The notes under the pieces are model-generated. The model ran no database searches and was not told the DNA's origin. It was given only the letters and a program-made list of their open reading frames with translations. 51,480 nt of DNA from a virus, in IMG/VR virus record IMGVR_UViG_3300033232_000010, positions 1 to 51,480 of that record; one strand, written 5' to 3'. The position numbers and the translations under genes were made by a program. Shown here piece after piece: positions 1 to 9,319 of the stretch. The stretch's first letter is position 1. Every line of letters starts with the position of its first letter.

Positions 1-127
1 GATCATGAACGACACCAAAACAGCGTTCAAAATGATCGGGCATTTGGGTATGGCGATTAAATGGGTGGCCGGTATTGCGGTGGCGATTGGCTCGGTGTGG
101 CTGATCTTCAGGGATTTGCACAAATGA
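1..127. repeat. Terminal direct repeat, copy A (identical to 51354-51480). Either a circular-assembly overlap or true terminal redundancy.
   Basis: Read directly: 'gatcatgaacgacaccaaaacagcg...cagggatttgcacaaatga' occurs at both ends of the window, 127/127 identical. It carries the 3' end of CDS 51058..51480. Confidence 0.97.
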
Positions 128-534
128 ACCCACTCGTCCTCGCCCCGCTGCTGGAAGTCGGCAAGACTCTGCTGGATCGCTTCGTGCCTGACCCCGAGGC
201 CAAGCGGCAGGCCGAGGCTGACTTCTTGCGCATGGCGATGGACGGAGAGCTCAAACAGGTCATCGCTCAGCTTGAAATCAACGCACGGGAAGCGCAACAT
301 CCAAGCGTCTGGGTGGCTGGATGGCGCCCCGGTGCAGGCTGGGTGGGAGTGGCTGGGTTTGCCTACGCCGTATTCCTCCAGCCCATGATGACATGGGTAG
401 CCGCCATCAACGGCTGGCCCACGCCGCCGACCATCGACGCTGATCTGCTCTGGGTAGTCCTCAGTGGCATGTTAGGTATTGGCGGGATGAGGACATTTGA
501 ACGCGTCAAGGGGGTGATTCCGAATGGGCGGTAA
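124..534 (+). CDS. Putative holin (3-TM, GTA-type holin-like).
   Basis: The in-frame ATG at 124 overlaps the upstream stop (caaATGA); the ORF-track start at 61 lies inside the upstream gene. A charged N-terminus '[28 protein letters not shown]' is followed by hydrophobic stretches ([48 protein letters not shown]). It sits in a lysis cluster with an M15 endolysin. Confidence 0.65.
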   Translation: MNPLVLAPLLEVGKTLLDRFVPDPEAKRQAEADFLRMAMDGELKQVIAQLEINAREAQHPSVWVAGWRPGAGWVGVAGFAYAVFLQPMMTWVAAINGWPTPPTIDADLLWVVLSGMLGIGGMRTFERVKGVIPNGR

Positions 535-1081
535 CTTGTTTCTTGTATACGACGTTTTTGACATCGTAGGGGCGCACACCGAGCGCAGCCGATACCAGTT
601 TTGGGGAACGCGTTTTCGCGTATTCCTCCTGAATGCGCTTGTGCTGTTCTTCGGTCAGTTTGGCTTGAGGGCGATTCCGTGCTTGCTGCGTAGGCGTGGC
701 CCAGCGGCAGTTCTCCGGGCTATACGAGCCGTCATTGTCAATTCTGTCAAGTGTCAGCCCAACTGGTTTCGGCATAAGATCAGACACGAAGTTTCTAACA
801 TCATGCCAGCGGGGGCAAACAAAAATACCCCGACCGCCATACCGATGGTACTTTGCATTCTTCGGGTTGTAGCAGCGCTGCATCATGCTGTACCACGTTG
901 GGTACAGGGCATGATTCCACAGTCCGTGTTTTGTATTCGCAAGCGCCGCGCGTTTTACCCCCTCCTCAGTGGATTTAACTACAGTCGGATCGCCATGTTT
1001 ATACCATCGCAAATAGTGCATTCTGCACATTTGTCGGGCAAGCGTAGGGTTGGGGCACTGAGGTTGCGAGCAGGTGTTCAT
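506..1081 (-). CDS. Free-standing HNH homing-endonuclease-like protein.
   Basis: 191 aa. Cys-rich N-terminus '[29 protein letters not shown]'. Motifs '[15 protein letters not shown]' and '[26 protein letters not shown]' are typical of phage HNH_3-type endonucleases. It is on the opposite strand to the flanking lysis genes. Confidence 0.85.
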   Translation of the reverse strand: MNTCSQPQCPNPTLARQMCRMHYLRWYKHGDPTVVKSTEEGVKRAALANTKHGLWNHALYPTWYSMMQRCYNPKNAKYHRYGGRGIFVCPRWHDVRNFVSDLMPKPVGLTLDRIDNDGSYSPENCRWATPTQQARNRPQAKLTEEQHKRIQEEYAKTRSPKLVSAALGVRPYDVKNVVYKKQVTAHSESPP

Positions 1082-1137
1082 TACGCCAGTATAGCGGATA
1101 AACGCACCTACGAAAAGTCCAAAGGAGTCGCAGCGAA

Positions 1138-1590
1138 ATGACCTTCAAACTCTCCCGTCGCAGCCGTGACAACCTGATCGGAGTCGATCCTGATTTGGTG
1201 ACTGTAGTCGAGCGGGCGATTCAGATCACCACCGTGGACTTTGCTGTCACTGAGGGGCTGCGTACTGAGGCGCGGCAGCGGGAGTTGTTCGAAAAGAAGG
1301 CCACGCAGACGATGAACTCCCGGCACCTCAAAGGCGAAGCAGTCGATCTCGTGGCGTTCCTTGGTGGACGCATCTCGTGGGAACTCAACCTCTACGATGA
1401 GATCGCGGACGCAATGCGGCGGGCCGCGCTGGAGCGCAACGTCGGCATCCGCTGGGGCGCTGCGTGGAACGTGCCCGACATCCGCCATTGGAACGGTACG
1501 CTGGAGCAGGCCATGCACCATTACATTGACGCAAGGCGTAAACTAGGGCAGCGGCCCTTTATCGACGCGCCGCATTTTGAAATGGTGTAA
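1138..1590 (+). CDS. Endolysin, Peptidase_M15 / VanY-like L-alanyl-D-glutamate endopeptidase.
   Basis: 150 aa. '[12 protein letters not shown]' (H-x6-D zinc site) and C-terminal 'DAPHFEM' match the M15 endolysin signature. Confidence 0.85.
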   Translation: MTFKLSRRSRDNLIGVDPDLVTVVERAIQITTVDFAVTEGLRTEARQRELFEKKATQTMNSRHLKGEAVDLVAFLGGRISWELNLYDEIADAMRRAALERNVGIRWGAAWNVPDIRHWNGTLEQAMHHYIDARRKLGQRPFIDAPHFEMV

Positions 1591-1592
1591 AC

Positions 1593-4022
1593 ATGGCTGG
1601 CCTCAAGATCACGAACTTCCTCGGCAAAGCGCCCAAGATCAGTCCTGAGTTGCTGCCAAACACGGCTGCACAGACTGCGAAGAACTGCAAGCTGTATTCC
1701 GGTGATCTGATCCCCTACCCGCAACCTGTCGTAATCGCTAACACAGGGCGCACCGGCGCGGCCAAAACTCTGTACGCACTTCGTGAACCGGATGACCCAG
1801 ATGATCTGACGTGGCTCTCGTGGGCGGGGGACGTGGAAATCGCGGTGGCTTCGTCCAATTTGCAAGACGAGCAGCGGTTCTACTACACAGGTGACGGGGC
1901 GCCCAAAATCAGCACCCACGAGTTGGCAACGATCGGCGATGCGCCATACCCGGTGGGGTACTACGATTTGGGCTTGCCTGTGCCGCCGGACAGCGCTACG
2001 CTCAATACGACGGCTGCGACGTTTGCCACTAAGGCCACCTCCTCATTTTTACGCGACGCAGGCAATATCGCCACTGTCGTCACCAGCGCAGCGCATGGTC
2101 TGCGCACGGGTAACATCATCACAGTGTCGGGCTTTACCTACCGCACCGGTACCTACGCGCAATCTGGCACCACTGTCACGGTTACGATCAGCAACCACGG
2201 GCTGGCAAATGGCGCGGATGTTACGCTGGATTTCACCTCTGGGACTGCAGTTGATGGCAACTTCACTATTAGCGATGCCACAGCCAACACGTTTAAAGTG
2301 GTCGCAAATACGGCAGTGTCGACTAGCGGCAATGTGCGCTGGGACATCCGCAACTTCAACGCGACCAATGTGGAATGCACAGTAGTCAACGATACGACCT
2401 TCACTTACTTCAGCCCCGGCTCGCAAGTCACGACCACCACCTACACGGCTGGCAAGGTCGATCTTGGGGGGCTGACGCAAGCGCGGTCTTACGTCTTCAC
2501 GTGGTTCACCCCGTGGGACGAGGAGTCCATCGCGTCCAAGCCATCGGACAACCTGTACATCAAGGAAGGCATCGCCGTCACGGTGTCCAACCTGCCAACT
2601 GTCAAACCGCCGGGTAATAACTTTGTGCGTGGTGTACGGGTATACCGCACGCTGTCTTCTAGATCGGACACCGAGTATTTTCGGCTTGGCACCCTGTGGT
2701 TTCCCACCGGGCTAGCGTCTGTGCAGCGAACGGCCAACGTTTCGCGGGTGGCACTGCTGTTCCCGCATAATTTTGGGATTGACGACCGGTTCAAAATCAG
2801 CGGCTGCACTGTGGCGTCGTTTAACATCACGGGGGGCATCGTCACCGACCTCGTTGATGAATATACTTTTGAGTACGCGCAGGTCGCCGCTAACGTTACC
2901 AGTACGCTTGTGAATGCAGGCACCCTGTACCACGACGCGTCCGAGAACCCGCCTACCACCGCAGCGCGGTACTGGGGGGATGGCGGCTACAATTTTGTCG
3001 ATGATTTCGATTCCCGCAGTCTACTTAGTATCCTTGATTCCGACGAGTACGACGCGCCGCCCGAAGACCTGCGCGGACTGACCGTCATCCAAAATAGCAT
3101 TCTTGTCGGCTTTGTCGGCAACACGTTGTACTTTTCTGAGCCAAAGCTGCCGCACGCATGGCCCAGAGAGTATGCCACGCCGCTAGGCGACGACATTGTG
3201 GCGATAGCCTCCATTGCCGGTTCGTTGCTTGTAACGACCACAGGGTATCCCTATATTGTTTCAGTGAATGACCCCGCCTCGGGCGTGTCAGTATCAAGGA
3301 TTGACGTGCTGTATCCTTGCTTAAGCGCCAAGAGCATGGTGACGATGGACTACGGCATTGTCTGGTCAACCAACGACGGTCTGGCCGTGTATTCGCCTGC
3401 CAGCGGGGCGACACTTGTGACCAAGTTGTTATACAACAACGACACGTGGGCCGTCGATGTCGATCCCGCTACGGTGGTGGGTGTGTATTACGGGGAGAAC
3501 TACTTCGCTTCGCACTCACAGGGGTCGTTCGTGTTTTCGTATGACACAAAAACTGGCGGCTTCTTCGTGGATACCAGCCCGGTTTTTACTGCCGCATGGT
3601 ATGACACGTTGACCGGCAACCTGTACTACTTGGCAGGCACGCAGGGGGATGTCTACGAATGGGACAGTCTATCCCAACCTGCGCTAGTTTTGGAGTGGAA
3701 GTCTAAGACGCTTGTGGCCAAGGACATGAGCAACTTTGGCGCGGCCCGCGTAATCGCCGACTATGCATCGACTACTTCTGTATGGGATACCAATCTGGCA
3801 GCGTGGGAGTCGGAAACAACTAAATGGGACGCTGTAGACGGGGTGACATTCCGATTGTGGGTAAACAAACAGTTGGAATTTGAAACAGTGGTGCCAGACA
3901 CAGGGGCGTTCCGGCTCCCGACTGGGTACCGCGCGGACACTTTTGAAGTCGGCGTAGAGGGCAACGTCCGGGTCAGAGCCGTACATCTCGCAGAAACCAT
4001 GTTTGGGCTCAAGGAGGTGTAA
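1593..4022 (+). CDS. Large tail structural protein (tail tubular B / nozzle-like; function inferred from context only).
   Basis: 809-aa ORF starting 3 nt after the endolysin stop. Its size and its position ahead of the internal-virion genes resemble T7 gp12-type proteins. It has beta-rich repeats such as 'AAHGLRTGNIITVSG' and 'NHGLANGADVTLD'. Confidence 0.55.
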   Translation: MAGLKITNFLGKAPKISPELLPNTAAQTAKNCKLYSGDLIPYPQPVVIANTGRTGAAKTLYALREPDDPDDLTWLSWAGDVEIAVASSNLQDEQRFYYTGDGAPKISTHELATIGDAPYPVGYYDLGLPVPPDSATLNTTAATFATKATSSFLRDAGNIATVVTSAAHGLRTGNIITVSGFTYRTGTYAQSGTTVTVTISNHGLANGADVTLDFTSGTAVDGNFTISDATANTFKVVANTAVSTSGNVRWDIRNFNATNVECTVVNDTTFTYFSPGSQVTTTTYTAGKVDLGGLTQARSYVFTWFTPWDEESIASKPSDNLYIKEGIAVTVSNLPTVKPPGNNFVRGVRVYRTLSSRSDTEYFRLGTLWFPTGLASVQRTANVSRVALLFPHNFGIDDRFKISGCTVASFNITGGIVTDLVDEYTFEYAQVAANVTSTLVNAGTLYHDASENPPTTAARYWGDGGYNFVDDFDSRSLLSILDSDEYDAPPEDLRGLTVIQNSILVGFVGNTLYFSEPKLPHAWPREYATPLGDDIVAIASIAGSLLVTTTGYPYIVSVNDPASGVSVSRIDVLYPCLSAKSMVTMDYGIVWSTNDGLAVYSPASGATLVTKLLYNNDTWAVDVDPATVVGVYYGENYFASHSQGSFVFSYDTKTGGFFVDTSPVFTAAWYDTLTGNLYYLAGTQGDVYEWDSLSQPALVLEWKSKTLVAKDMSNFGAARVIADYASTTSVWDTNLAAWESETTKWDAVDGVTFRLWVNKQLEFETVVPDTGAFRLPTGYRADTFEVGVEGNVRVRAVHLAETMFGLKEV

Positions 4023-4381
4023 TGGCGACCAGAGCATCACGGTTTTCAACGATACCGAATATCCCGCAGCAGGGGCTGTCGGACTGGCAGTTCCAGACGC
4101 TCAATGCGATGAAAGAGAACGTCGAGCTTTTGACCGGCGCGCGCAGAGGTGGTGCTGCATCTGCGGCAGCCCTGACCCGTGGCTCTATCACGGTGGCCGC
4201 TGCACCGGCGCAAACAATGCAACGCGTTACAGCAATAGGTACGGGATATACAATCAGCAATGTAACTGTGCCAAGTTTGGATGACTATGTGCGGCTTGTC
4301 ACCAATGTTCAACAGATCGCAAACGACGTAGCAGTACTGCGGAGTACTGTCAACGCGTTGATTAACCAACTGAAAGGATGA
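4022..4381 (+). CDS. Hypothetical virion-module protein.
   Basis: 119-aa ORF. Its ATG follows the upstream TAA (taATGg). The C-terminus is coiled-coil-like: 'VQQIANDVAVLRSTVNALINQLK'. Confidence 0.6.
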   Translation: MATRASRFSTIPNIPQQGLSDWQFQTLNAMKENVELLTGARRGGAASAAALTRGSITVAAAPAQTMQRVTAIGTGYTISNVTVPSLDDYVRLVTNVQQIANDVAVLRSTVNALINQLKG

Positions 4382-5469
4382 TCATGGCCATGAACGAAAC
4401 AATGAGGACTATGCTCAGTTCAGCCCCGGGCCCCGATCCGGCCAACCCGTATCCGTTTGGAAAGTATATGGCCTTGGGCACCTTCCTGAAAAATGGGTTT
4501 GGCGCAAACCGTGGCGCACCGGTGTCACGCGCAGTCAACGCGGCGCTAGACAGCGCGACGCGCGGGAGCTACCCTGCCTTTAGTAGTGCGCCACAGTTTG
4601 CGCCTATCGTATCCAGCGTGTTCCCAAGCCCGCAAGCATCCCCCGCTCCAATGCGCTCCGAAGCTGGCCTCGACTACAGCAACCCACAGTCTATCCCGCT
4701 CGGCAGGCGCCGGGCCCTAAGGAAGCGGGATGAAATCAACCGCTCGACGGACGCAAATACTGGCATGGACACCGGCGTGGAGGACCAGCAGGATGATATC
4801 CCCTCCTATGCGGCAGGCGGCATGATTGGTGCAGGCGGTATGCCCGAGCCAATGGGTGCGGGTTTTGCTCCGCAAGGCCAAATGCCCCAAGGCGGTATGC
4901 CTGAGCCGACGGGTGTGGGCCTCGCCCCGCAAGGGCAGATGCCCCAAGGCGGTATGACGCCCCAGATGCTGGAAATGGAGATCAACCAGTTTTCTTCGCA
5001 ACACCCGCAGCAGGTCGCGCAGATTCGTGCCGCCATTATGGAAGTGATGCAGACCGGCGAGTTGACCCAGCAGGAACTCAACATGGTTGTCCAGTTGGCG
5101 ACGGTCGCCGCTCAGAACCCTGAAATGTACCCGTACGTGCGCAACTTTGCCCTTCAAAACGGCATCGCCACAGAGCAAGATTTACCCCAGCAATACGACC
5201 AAGGTTTGGTGTTCGTCCTTCTACTCGCCGCCCGCGCCATTCAGGAAAACGTCGGCGGGCAGAACATGATGCAGGGCGGCACGCCCGCGATGGCGGGGGG
5301 CCAGCCCATCCCCTCAATGGCGAAAGGCGGCATGACCCCAGACTCCAAGAAGTCTGACGGCTCTTTATTGATCAATGCACACGAAGGTGAGTACGTCATC
5401 CCGGCGAATGTGGTTAAGATGAAGGGTAAAGAGTTCTTTGATAGCCTTGTTGAGAAGTACAAAGCATGA
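4378..5469 (+). CDS. Hypothetical internal-virion protein with a Gly/Met/Pro/Gln repeat.
   Basis: 363-aa ORF. The start may instead be 4384 or 4390 (ATGatcATGgccATG follows 'aagga'). It contains a 57-bp (19-aa) tandem unit, GGMPEPMGAGFAPQGQMPQ, repeated about 2.3 times. Confidence 0.7.
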   Translation: MIMAMNETMRTMLSSAPGPDPANPYPFGKYMALGTFLKNGFGANRGAPVSRAVNAALDSATRGSYPAFSSAPQFAPIVSSVFPSPQASPAPMRSEAGLDYSNPQSIPLGRRRALRKRDEINRSTDANTGMDTGVEDQQDDIPSYAAGGMIGAGGMPEPMGAGFAPQGQMPQGGMPEPTGVGLAPQGQMPQGGMTPQMLEMEINQFSSQHPQQVAQIRAAIMEVMQTGELTQQELNMVVQLATVAAQNPEMYPYVRNFALQNGIATEQDLPQQYDQGLVFVLLLAARAIQENVGGQNMMQGGTPAMAGGQPIPSMAKGGMTPDSKKSDGSLLINAHEGEYVIPANVVKMKGKEFFDSLVEKYKA

Positions 5470-5897
5470 GCAATATGTCCATTGAAATGCTGACACCCGA
5501 GCGAGTCACTGAATTGTGGCCCGTTCTGGAGCCGTATTTTGATGCGGCGTGTAAAGGTAATGAAATTGCCAAAGACGAACTGGACGCCAAAGACATCTAC
5601 GTCCTTGCCATCACAGGGTTGGTAGCAGTTTTTGTGGGATTCGAAGACGGGAAGCCTGCATGTGTGTTGGGTATCCAGTTCAACACCACGAACGGCCACA
5701 AGGGGGCTGACGTCATGGCGCTCGCGGGTCGCGGTTTGATGCGGTTTAAAGCGGCGTACTGGCACATCATCCTTGAATGGCTTAAAGTTAATGGGGTGGA
5801 ATTCCTCGATGCGTACGCGCCTGAGCGGCTCGCAAAAATTTATATGAACCGCTTCGGGTTCAACAAGTCGTGTATGTACGTCAGAATGGCGTTATAA
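5466..5897 (+). CDS. Hypothetical protein, possibly a GNAT-like fold.
   Basis: 143-aa ORF, start overlapping the upstream stop (ATGA). 'ALAGRGLMRF...YMNRFGF' is loosely GNAT-like. The assignment is weak. Confidence 0.6.
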   Translation: MSNMSIEMLTPERVTELWPVLEPYFDAACKGNEIAKDELDAKDIYVLAITGLVAVFVGFEDGKPACVLGIQFNTTNGHKGADVMALAGRGLMRFKAAYWHIILEWLKVNGVEFLDAYAPERLAKIYMNRFGFNKSCMYVRMAL

Positions 5898-5907
5898 GGA
5901 GAGAACC

Positions 5908-7350
5908 ATGAGTAAAGCTGTTAAAACCGTTGTGAGCGTTGTGGCCGCAATTGCCGTTCCGTACTTTGCCCCTGCTATTGCGGCGTCCATTGGGCTGTCT
6001 GGAGCTATCGGCAGCGCCATTGGTACTACCGCTGCTGCCGCCACTGCGGGTAACGTAATTGGCGGCGCAGTCGTGGGGGCAGCGCTTGGCGCAGCCAAAG
6101 GGGCCGTACTCGGCGAAGATGTTAAGCGCAGTGCGTTGATGGGTGGTATCGGTGGGGGCATCAGCGGCTACATGTACAACCCGGCGGCTGCTTCGGCTGG
6201 CGGCGCCGCCGGGGCGGAGGGTGCCGTACCAAACACCGTGGTTACCAACGTTGGCAGCAACACGGGATACTGGTCTTCCGAGCTTGGGCAGTATGTTGAC
6301 CCGGCAACGGGGAATACCATATTGTCGCAGAACATTGCTTATGGTGGCAATTTGGCTCCAACACAATTCAATGCGCTGCAACAAGGCAGCCTTTCCGCTA
6401 CAGATGCCGCAAACGCATTGTCCGGGCTGTCCGTCAATACACCAATGGCGACTACAGGGTTTGGCTCCGCCCAGTTAGGCACGACAGCGTACTATAACCC
6501 CGATGCCGTATTTGCTCCGCAAACGTCATTCGTCGATTCTGCAGGAAGCAGTGCTGCGCTCTCGCCTACGTATGAGCAAGCAGGTCTGAATATTCCGGCT
6601 TCCCAATTAACACCTGTTGGTGGGGGCGCTGCGCAGCCCGGTACCCCAACTGCAACCCTTGCGTCCCCCGCCGCGTCCCCCGCCGCGTCCCCCGCCGCGT
6701 CCCCCGCCGCGTCCCCCGCGGCGCCCCCGAAAACATTCGGCGAAGCTCTGCAGCAGGTTCCCGAGGCAATTGCAAAAAAATTTACTGATCCCAATGTATT
6801 AGCTGATTTGACGCTCCGCGCCGCTGGCCAAATTGCGGGTTCCGCGATCGCGGGGGATGGTTTATCCGCGGAGGAACGCAGTTTGCTGGACGCGCAGGTT
6901 GAAGAACTTCGACGGCTTCAAATTGAAAATCAGGCGTTGTTCAACCAGCGGCTGGAGCAAGCGCAGGCTCTGATCGGGGAATCCAAGTATTTCGATCCCG
7001 AGTACTTCGGGTTACAAAGTGCTCGCCGCGCCCAGATTGCTGGCGCACGTGCTAAGCGCGCTGGTCTGCGGGGCCTGAGCGGGGGTGCCCGTGAGGCTGA
7101 AGCGCGGCGGATCGACTTGGCAACAGGGCGTAATACGGGCACCGCCTATGATGCGGGCTACGCCACGGGGGTATCTGGTCGTTTGCAAACACAGCAAGCG
7201 GGAATGTCCGGGATGCCGACAGAATTTCCGTCCAGTATGAACGCCTATACCAACATACGAACCGCATACGACGCCGCTGCTGAACGCAGCCGGAAGCAGC
7301 AAAAAGACACTGGTTCAATGTTTGGATCGTTGACTGGCCGCAGCACATAA
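5908..7350 (+). CDS. Internal-virion/ejection protein with a glycine-zipper membrane segment.
   Basis: 480 aa. SD 'aaggagag' precedes the start. The N-terminus is hydrophobic and Gly/Ala-rich (AIAVPYFAPAIAASIGLSGAIGSAIG...GGAVVGAALGAAKGAVLG). Contains an (ASPA)x5 repeat. Confidence 0.7.
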   Translation: MSKAVKTVVSVVAAIAVPYFAPAIAASIGLSGAIGSAIGTTAAAATAGNVIGGAVVGAALGAAKGAVLGEDVKRSALMGGIGGGISGYMYNPAAASAGGAAGAEGAVPNTVVTNVGSNTGYWSSELGQYVDPATGNTILSQNIAYGGNLAPTQFNALQQGSLSATDAANALSGLSVNTPMATTGFGSAQLGTTAYYNPDAVFAPQTSFVDSAGSSAALSPTYEQAGLNIPASQLTPVGGGAAQPGTPTATLASPAASPAASPAASPAASPAAPPKTFGEALQQVPEAIAKKFTDPNVLADLTLRAAGQIAGSAIAGDGLSAEERSLLDAQVEELRRLQIENQALFNQRLEQAQALIGESKYFDPEYFGLQSARRAQIAGARAKRAGLRGLSGGAREAEARRIDLATGRNTGTAYDAGYATGVSGRLQTQQAGMSGMPTEFPSSMNAYTNIRTAYDAAAERSRKQQKDTGSMFGSLTGRST

Positions 7351-7360
7351 GGAGAGCACT

Positions 7361-9316
7361 ATGAATTTCGGGCAACTACTTGCTGGTGCCGGGGTCGTCG
7401 GGCAAGGCTGGCGGGAGGAAGAAGACGCACAGCGGCGCTCGCGGGATATCGAACTGCGCACCGCGGAGATGAACCGGCTGGATCGTTTGCGGCAAGAAAT
7501 GTTGCAAGCCCAGCGGCCAGCGTATACGCCGGTGCCCCAGTTTGCCCCCAGTATGCCGACGAGAGTGATCCCGCCTGCTGCCCCCGCTCCTGCTCCTGCT
7601 TCTGCCGCTCCCCCTGTCGCTGCTGCTGTAAACCAGTCGGCCGCGGAGACCGCTCGGTTAAACCGGTACGCTGCGACAAACCAGCCTGCAATGTCCCAAG
7701 TCGAGGCTGACCGGCTGTCTCTGCTGCGTACGCCGACAGCTGCGCTCGATGTGTTCCAAGCCCCTGCTGCCGCTGGGTTAAACCTCGCAACGGCGACAGG
7801 GGAAGCAGTCATCAACTTTGGTGGTCGCCTCGTCAACGCCGTTACTGGGCGCGAGGTAGCACCTACTGACGTGCGCGGGCCAAGATTCGGCATGACGCCG
7901 TTTTACGACCGGTATGTCCGCGGGCCAGAGGGGATGCTGCAAGTCGAAAGCGACGCCAAGACCAATATGCCGATGGTCAGTGACGCTCCGTCGGCCGCAG
8001 GCGCTGGTCGGGGGTTTGTGAACCCGGCGAATGTTGTGCCCGATCCGCAGCGCCTGCTGCAAGCCATGATCAAGGTGGAGAGTACAGGTAAACCCGGAGC
8101 CGTCAGTGACAAAGGCGCTGTGGGCCTGATGCAGGTGCTGCCGTCCACGGCTATGGACCCCGGCTACGGTCTGCCCAACGTGTTCGACTTTGCCCAGCAG
8201 ATGGGTACGCAGGTCGGTCGCCGCAATGAGGCTGAAGCCAAGCGTTTGTTGGCTGATCCGGATGTGGGCGCTGCCTACGGCCAGCGGTACATGGACGCCA
8301 TGCTCCAGCGGTACAACGGCAATCTGGAGCACGCACTGGCTGCGTACAACGCAGGCCCACGCCGCATCGACAACTGGCTGGCCGCTGGTGCTGACTTCAC
8401 CAAGCTGCCCAAGGAAACCCGCGGGTACATCCCCAAGGTTTTGGCTGCGCTCAACTCGCAAGCCGCGCCTACCGCGCAAGCTGCTGCGCCTACCGCGCAA
8501 GCTGCTGCGCCTACCGCGCAAGCTGCTGCGCCTACCGCGCCTACCGCGCAAGCTGCGCCCACCGCAATGAGCGCTGAAGCGGACTTCGACTTCGCTGACC
8601 CGCGGGCCATTCCGTTGGAGATGCAGCGGGCCATGCAGCAGCGTGCCGAGGTCGAGCAACTTGCTGGTATGTACCAACGCGCTGGCTTGGGGGCGCAGTA
8701 CATGGAGGCTCGCGCTAAGCTGATGGAGCTCGACCACGGTATTACTTACCTTCAGGGGGCGCAAGGGGTGCAAGAATTTGAGCTTACCGGTGATACGCGC
8801 CGCCTTGCTGCTGTGTGGTCGCAGTACGCCGGGGTGCCAATTGGTGTCCAGCCGCGCTCCGATGGTAATTTTGACATCGTGGTCAACGGTAAGCGCGCCC
8901 GGGAAGGTCTTTCCAGTGCAGACGTGGTAGATCGTGCCCGCTCGGCTATTGACGGTTCCTACCGGCAGCAAAAGAGTGCCACGGCTTCCAAACTCTACGA
9001 GGAGTCCTTTAAGGCCAAATTGAATAGAGATACGGAAAACGCCAAGCAGTTGGCCCAGATGATCCGTGAGATAGCCGTGCAGCAAACGCAGGGCAACACG
9101 CAACTTGCTGTCGAACGGCTCAAGCAGTTTCGTTACGATGTCAAGCCAACAGGCGCGGGGGACGGTACTGTCGTCATTACACCGCCGGGGGCGGGGGTGC
9201 CGTTTCTTTTCAACCCATCCGGGCGCACAATCACAGTCGATGGCGTTAAGATCACGTCAAACGCGGCGGTTCCGATCCAAGGGCTGCCGTCTTACGGCGG
9301 TGTACAAATGAGGTAA
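7361..9316 (+). CDS. Internal-virion protein with a lytic transglycosylase (SLT) domain.
   Basis: 651 aa. 'IKVESTGKPGAVSDKGAVGLMQVLPSTA' (catalytic E-S and GLMQ) and 'AAYNAGPRRIDNW' are SLT motifs. Contains an (APTAQAA) repeat. Confidence 0.85.
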   Translation: MNFGQLLAGAGVVGQGWREEEDAQRRSRDIELRTAEMNRLDRLRQEMLQAQRPAYTPVPQFAPSMPTRVIPPAAPAPAPASAAPPVAAAVNQSAAETARLNRYAATNQPAMSQVEADRLSLLRTPTAALDVFQAPAAAGLNLATATGEAVINFGGRLVNAVTGREVAPTDVRGPRFGMTPFYDRYVRGPEGMLQVESDAKTNMPMVSDAPSAAGAGRGFVNPANVVPDPQRLLQAMIKVESTGKPGAVSDKGAVGLMQVLPSTAMDPGYGLPNVFDFAQQMGTQVGRRNEAEAKRLLADPDVGAAYGQRYMDAMLQRYNGNLEHALAAYNAGPRRIDNWLAAGADFTKLPKETRGYIPKVLAALNSQAAPTAQAAAPTAQAAAPTAQAAAPTAPTAQAAPTAMSAEADFDFADPRAIPLEMQRAMQQRAEVEQLAGMYQRAGLGAQYMEARAKLMELDHGITYLQGAQGVQEFELTGDTRRLAAVWSQYAGVPIGVQPRSDGNFDIVVNGKRAREGLSSADVVDRARSAIDGSYRQQKSATASKLYEESFKAKLNRDTENAKQLAQMIREIAVQQTQGNTQLAVERLKQFRYDVKPTGAGDGTVVITPPGAGVPFLFNPSGRTITVDGVKITSNAAVPIQGLPSYGGVQMR

Positions 9317-9319
9317 CTT

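Noticed and set aside
61-123. N-terminal extension of the holin ORF (the track start at 61).
   Set aside because: It lies inside the 3' end of the preceding gene (the duplicated 51058..51480 tail). The ATG at 124 overlaps that gene's stop and begins the conserved part of the holin.
524-1141. 205-aa plus-strand ORF between holin and endolysin.
   Set aside because: It is the mirror of the clearly recognisable HNH gene, and its Arg/Leu/Phe-rich translation has no motifs.
7778-9103. 441-aa minus-strand ORF, and similar long antisense ORFs (e.g. 10291..11091, 15988..16758, 37091..37894, 37964..38737, 39097..39792, 42564..43214).
   Set aside because: They are shadow ORFs typical of GC-rich coding DNA. 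They lie opposite genes with clear motifs, have Arg/Gly/Leu/His-rich compositions, and lack a ribosome-binding site or any recognisable domain.
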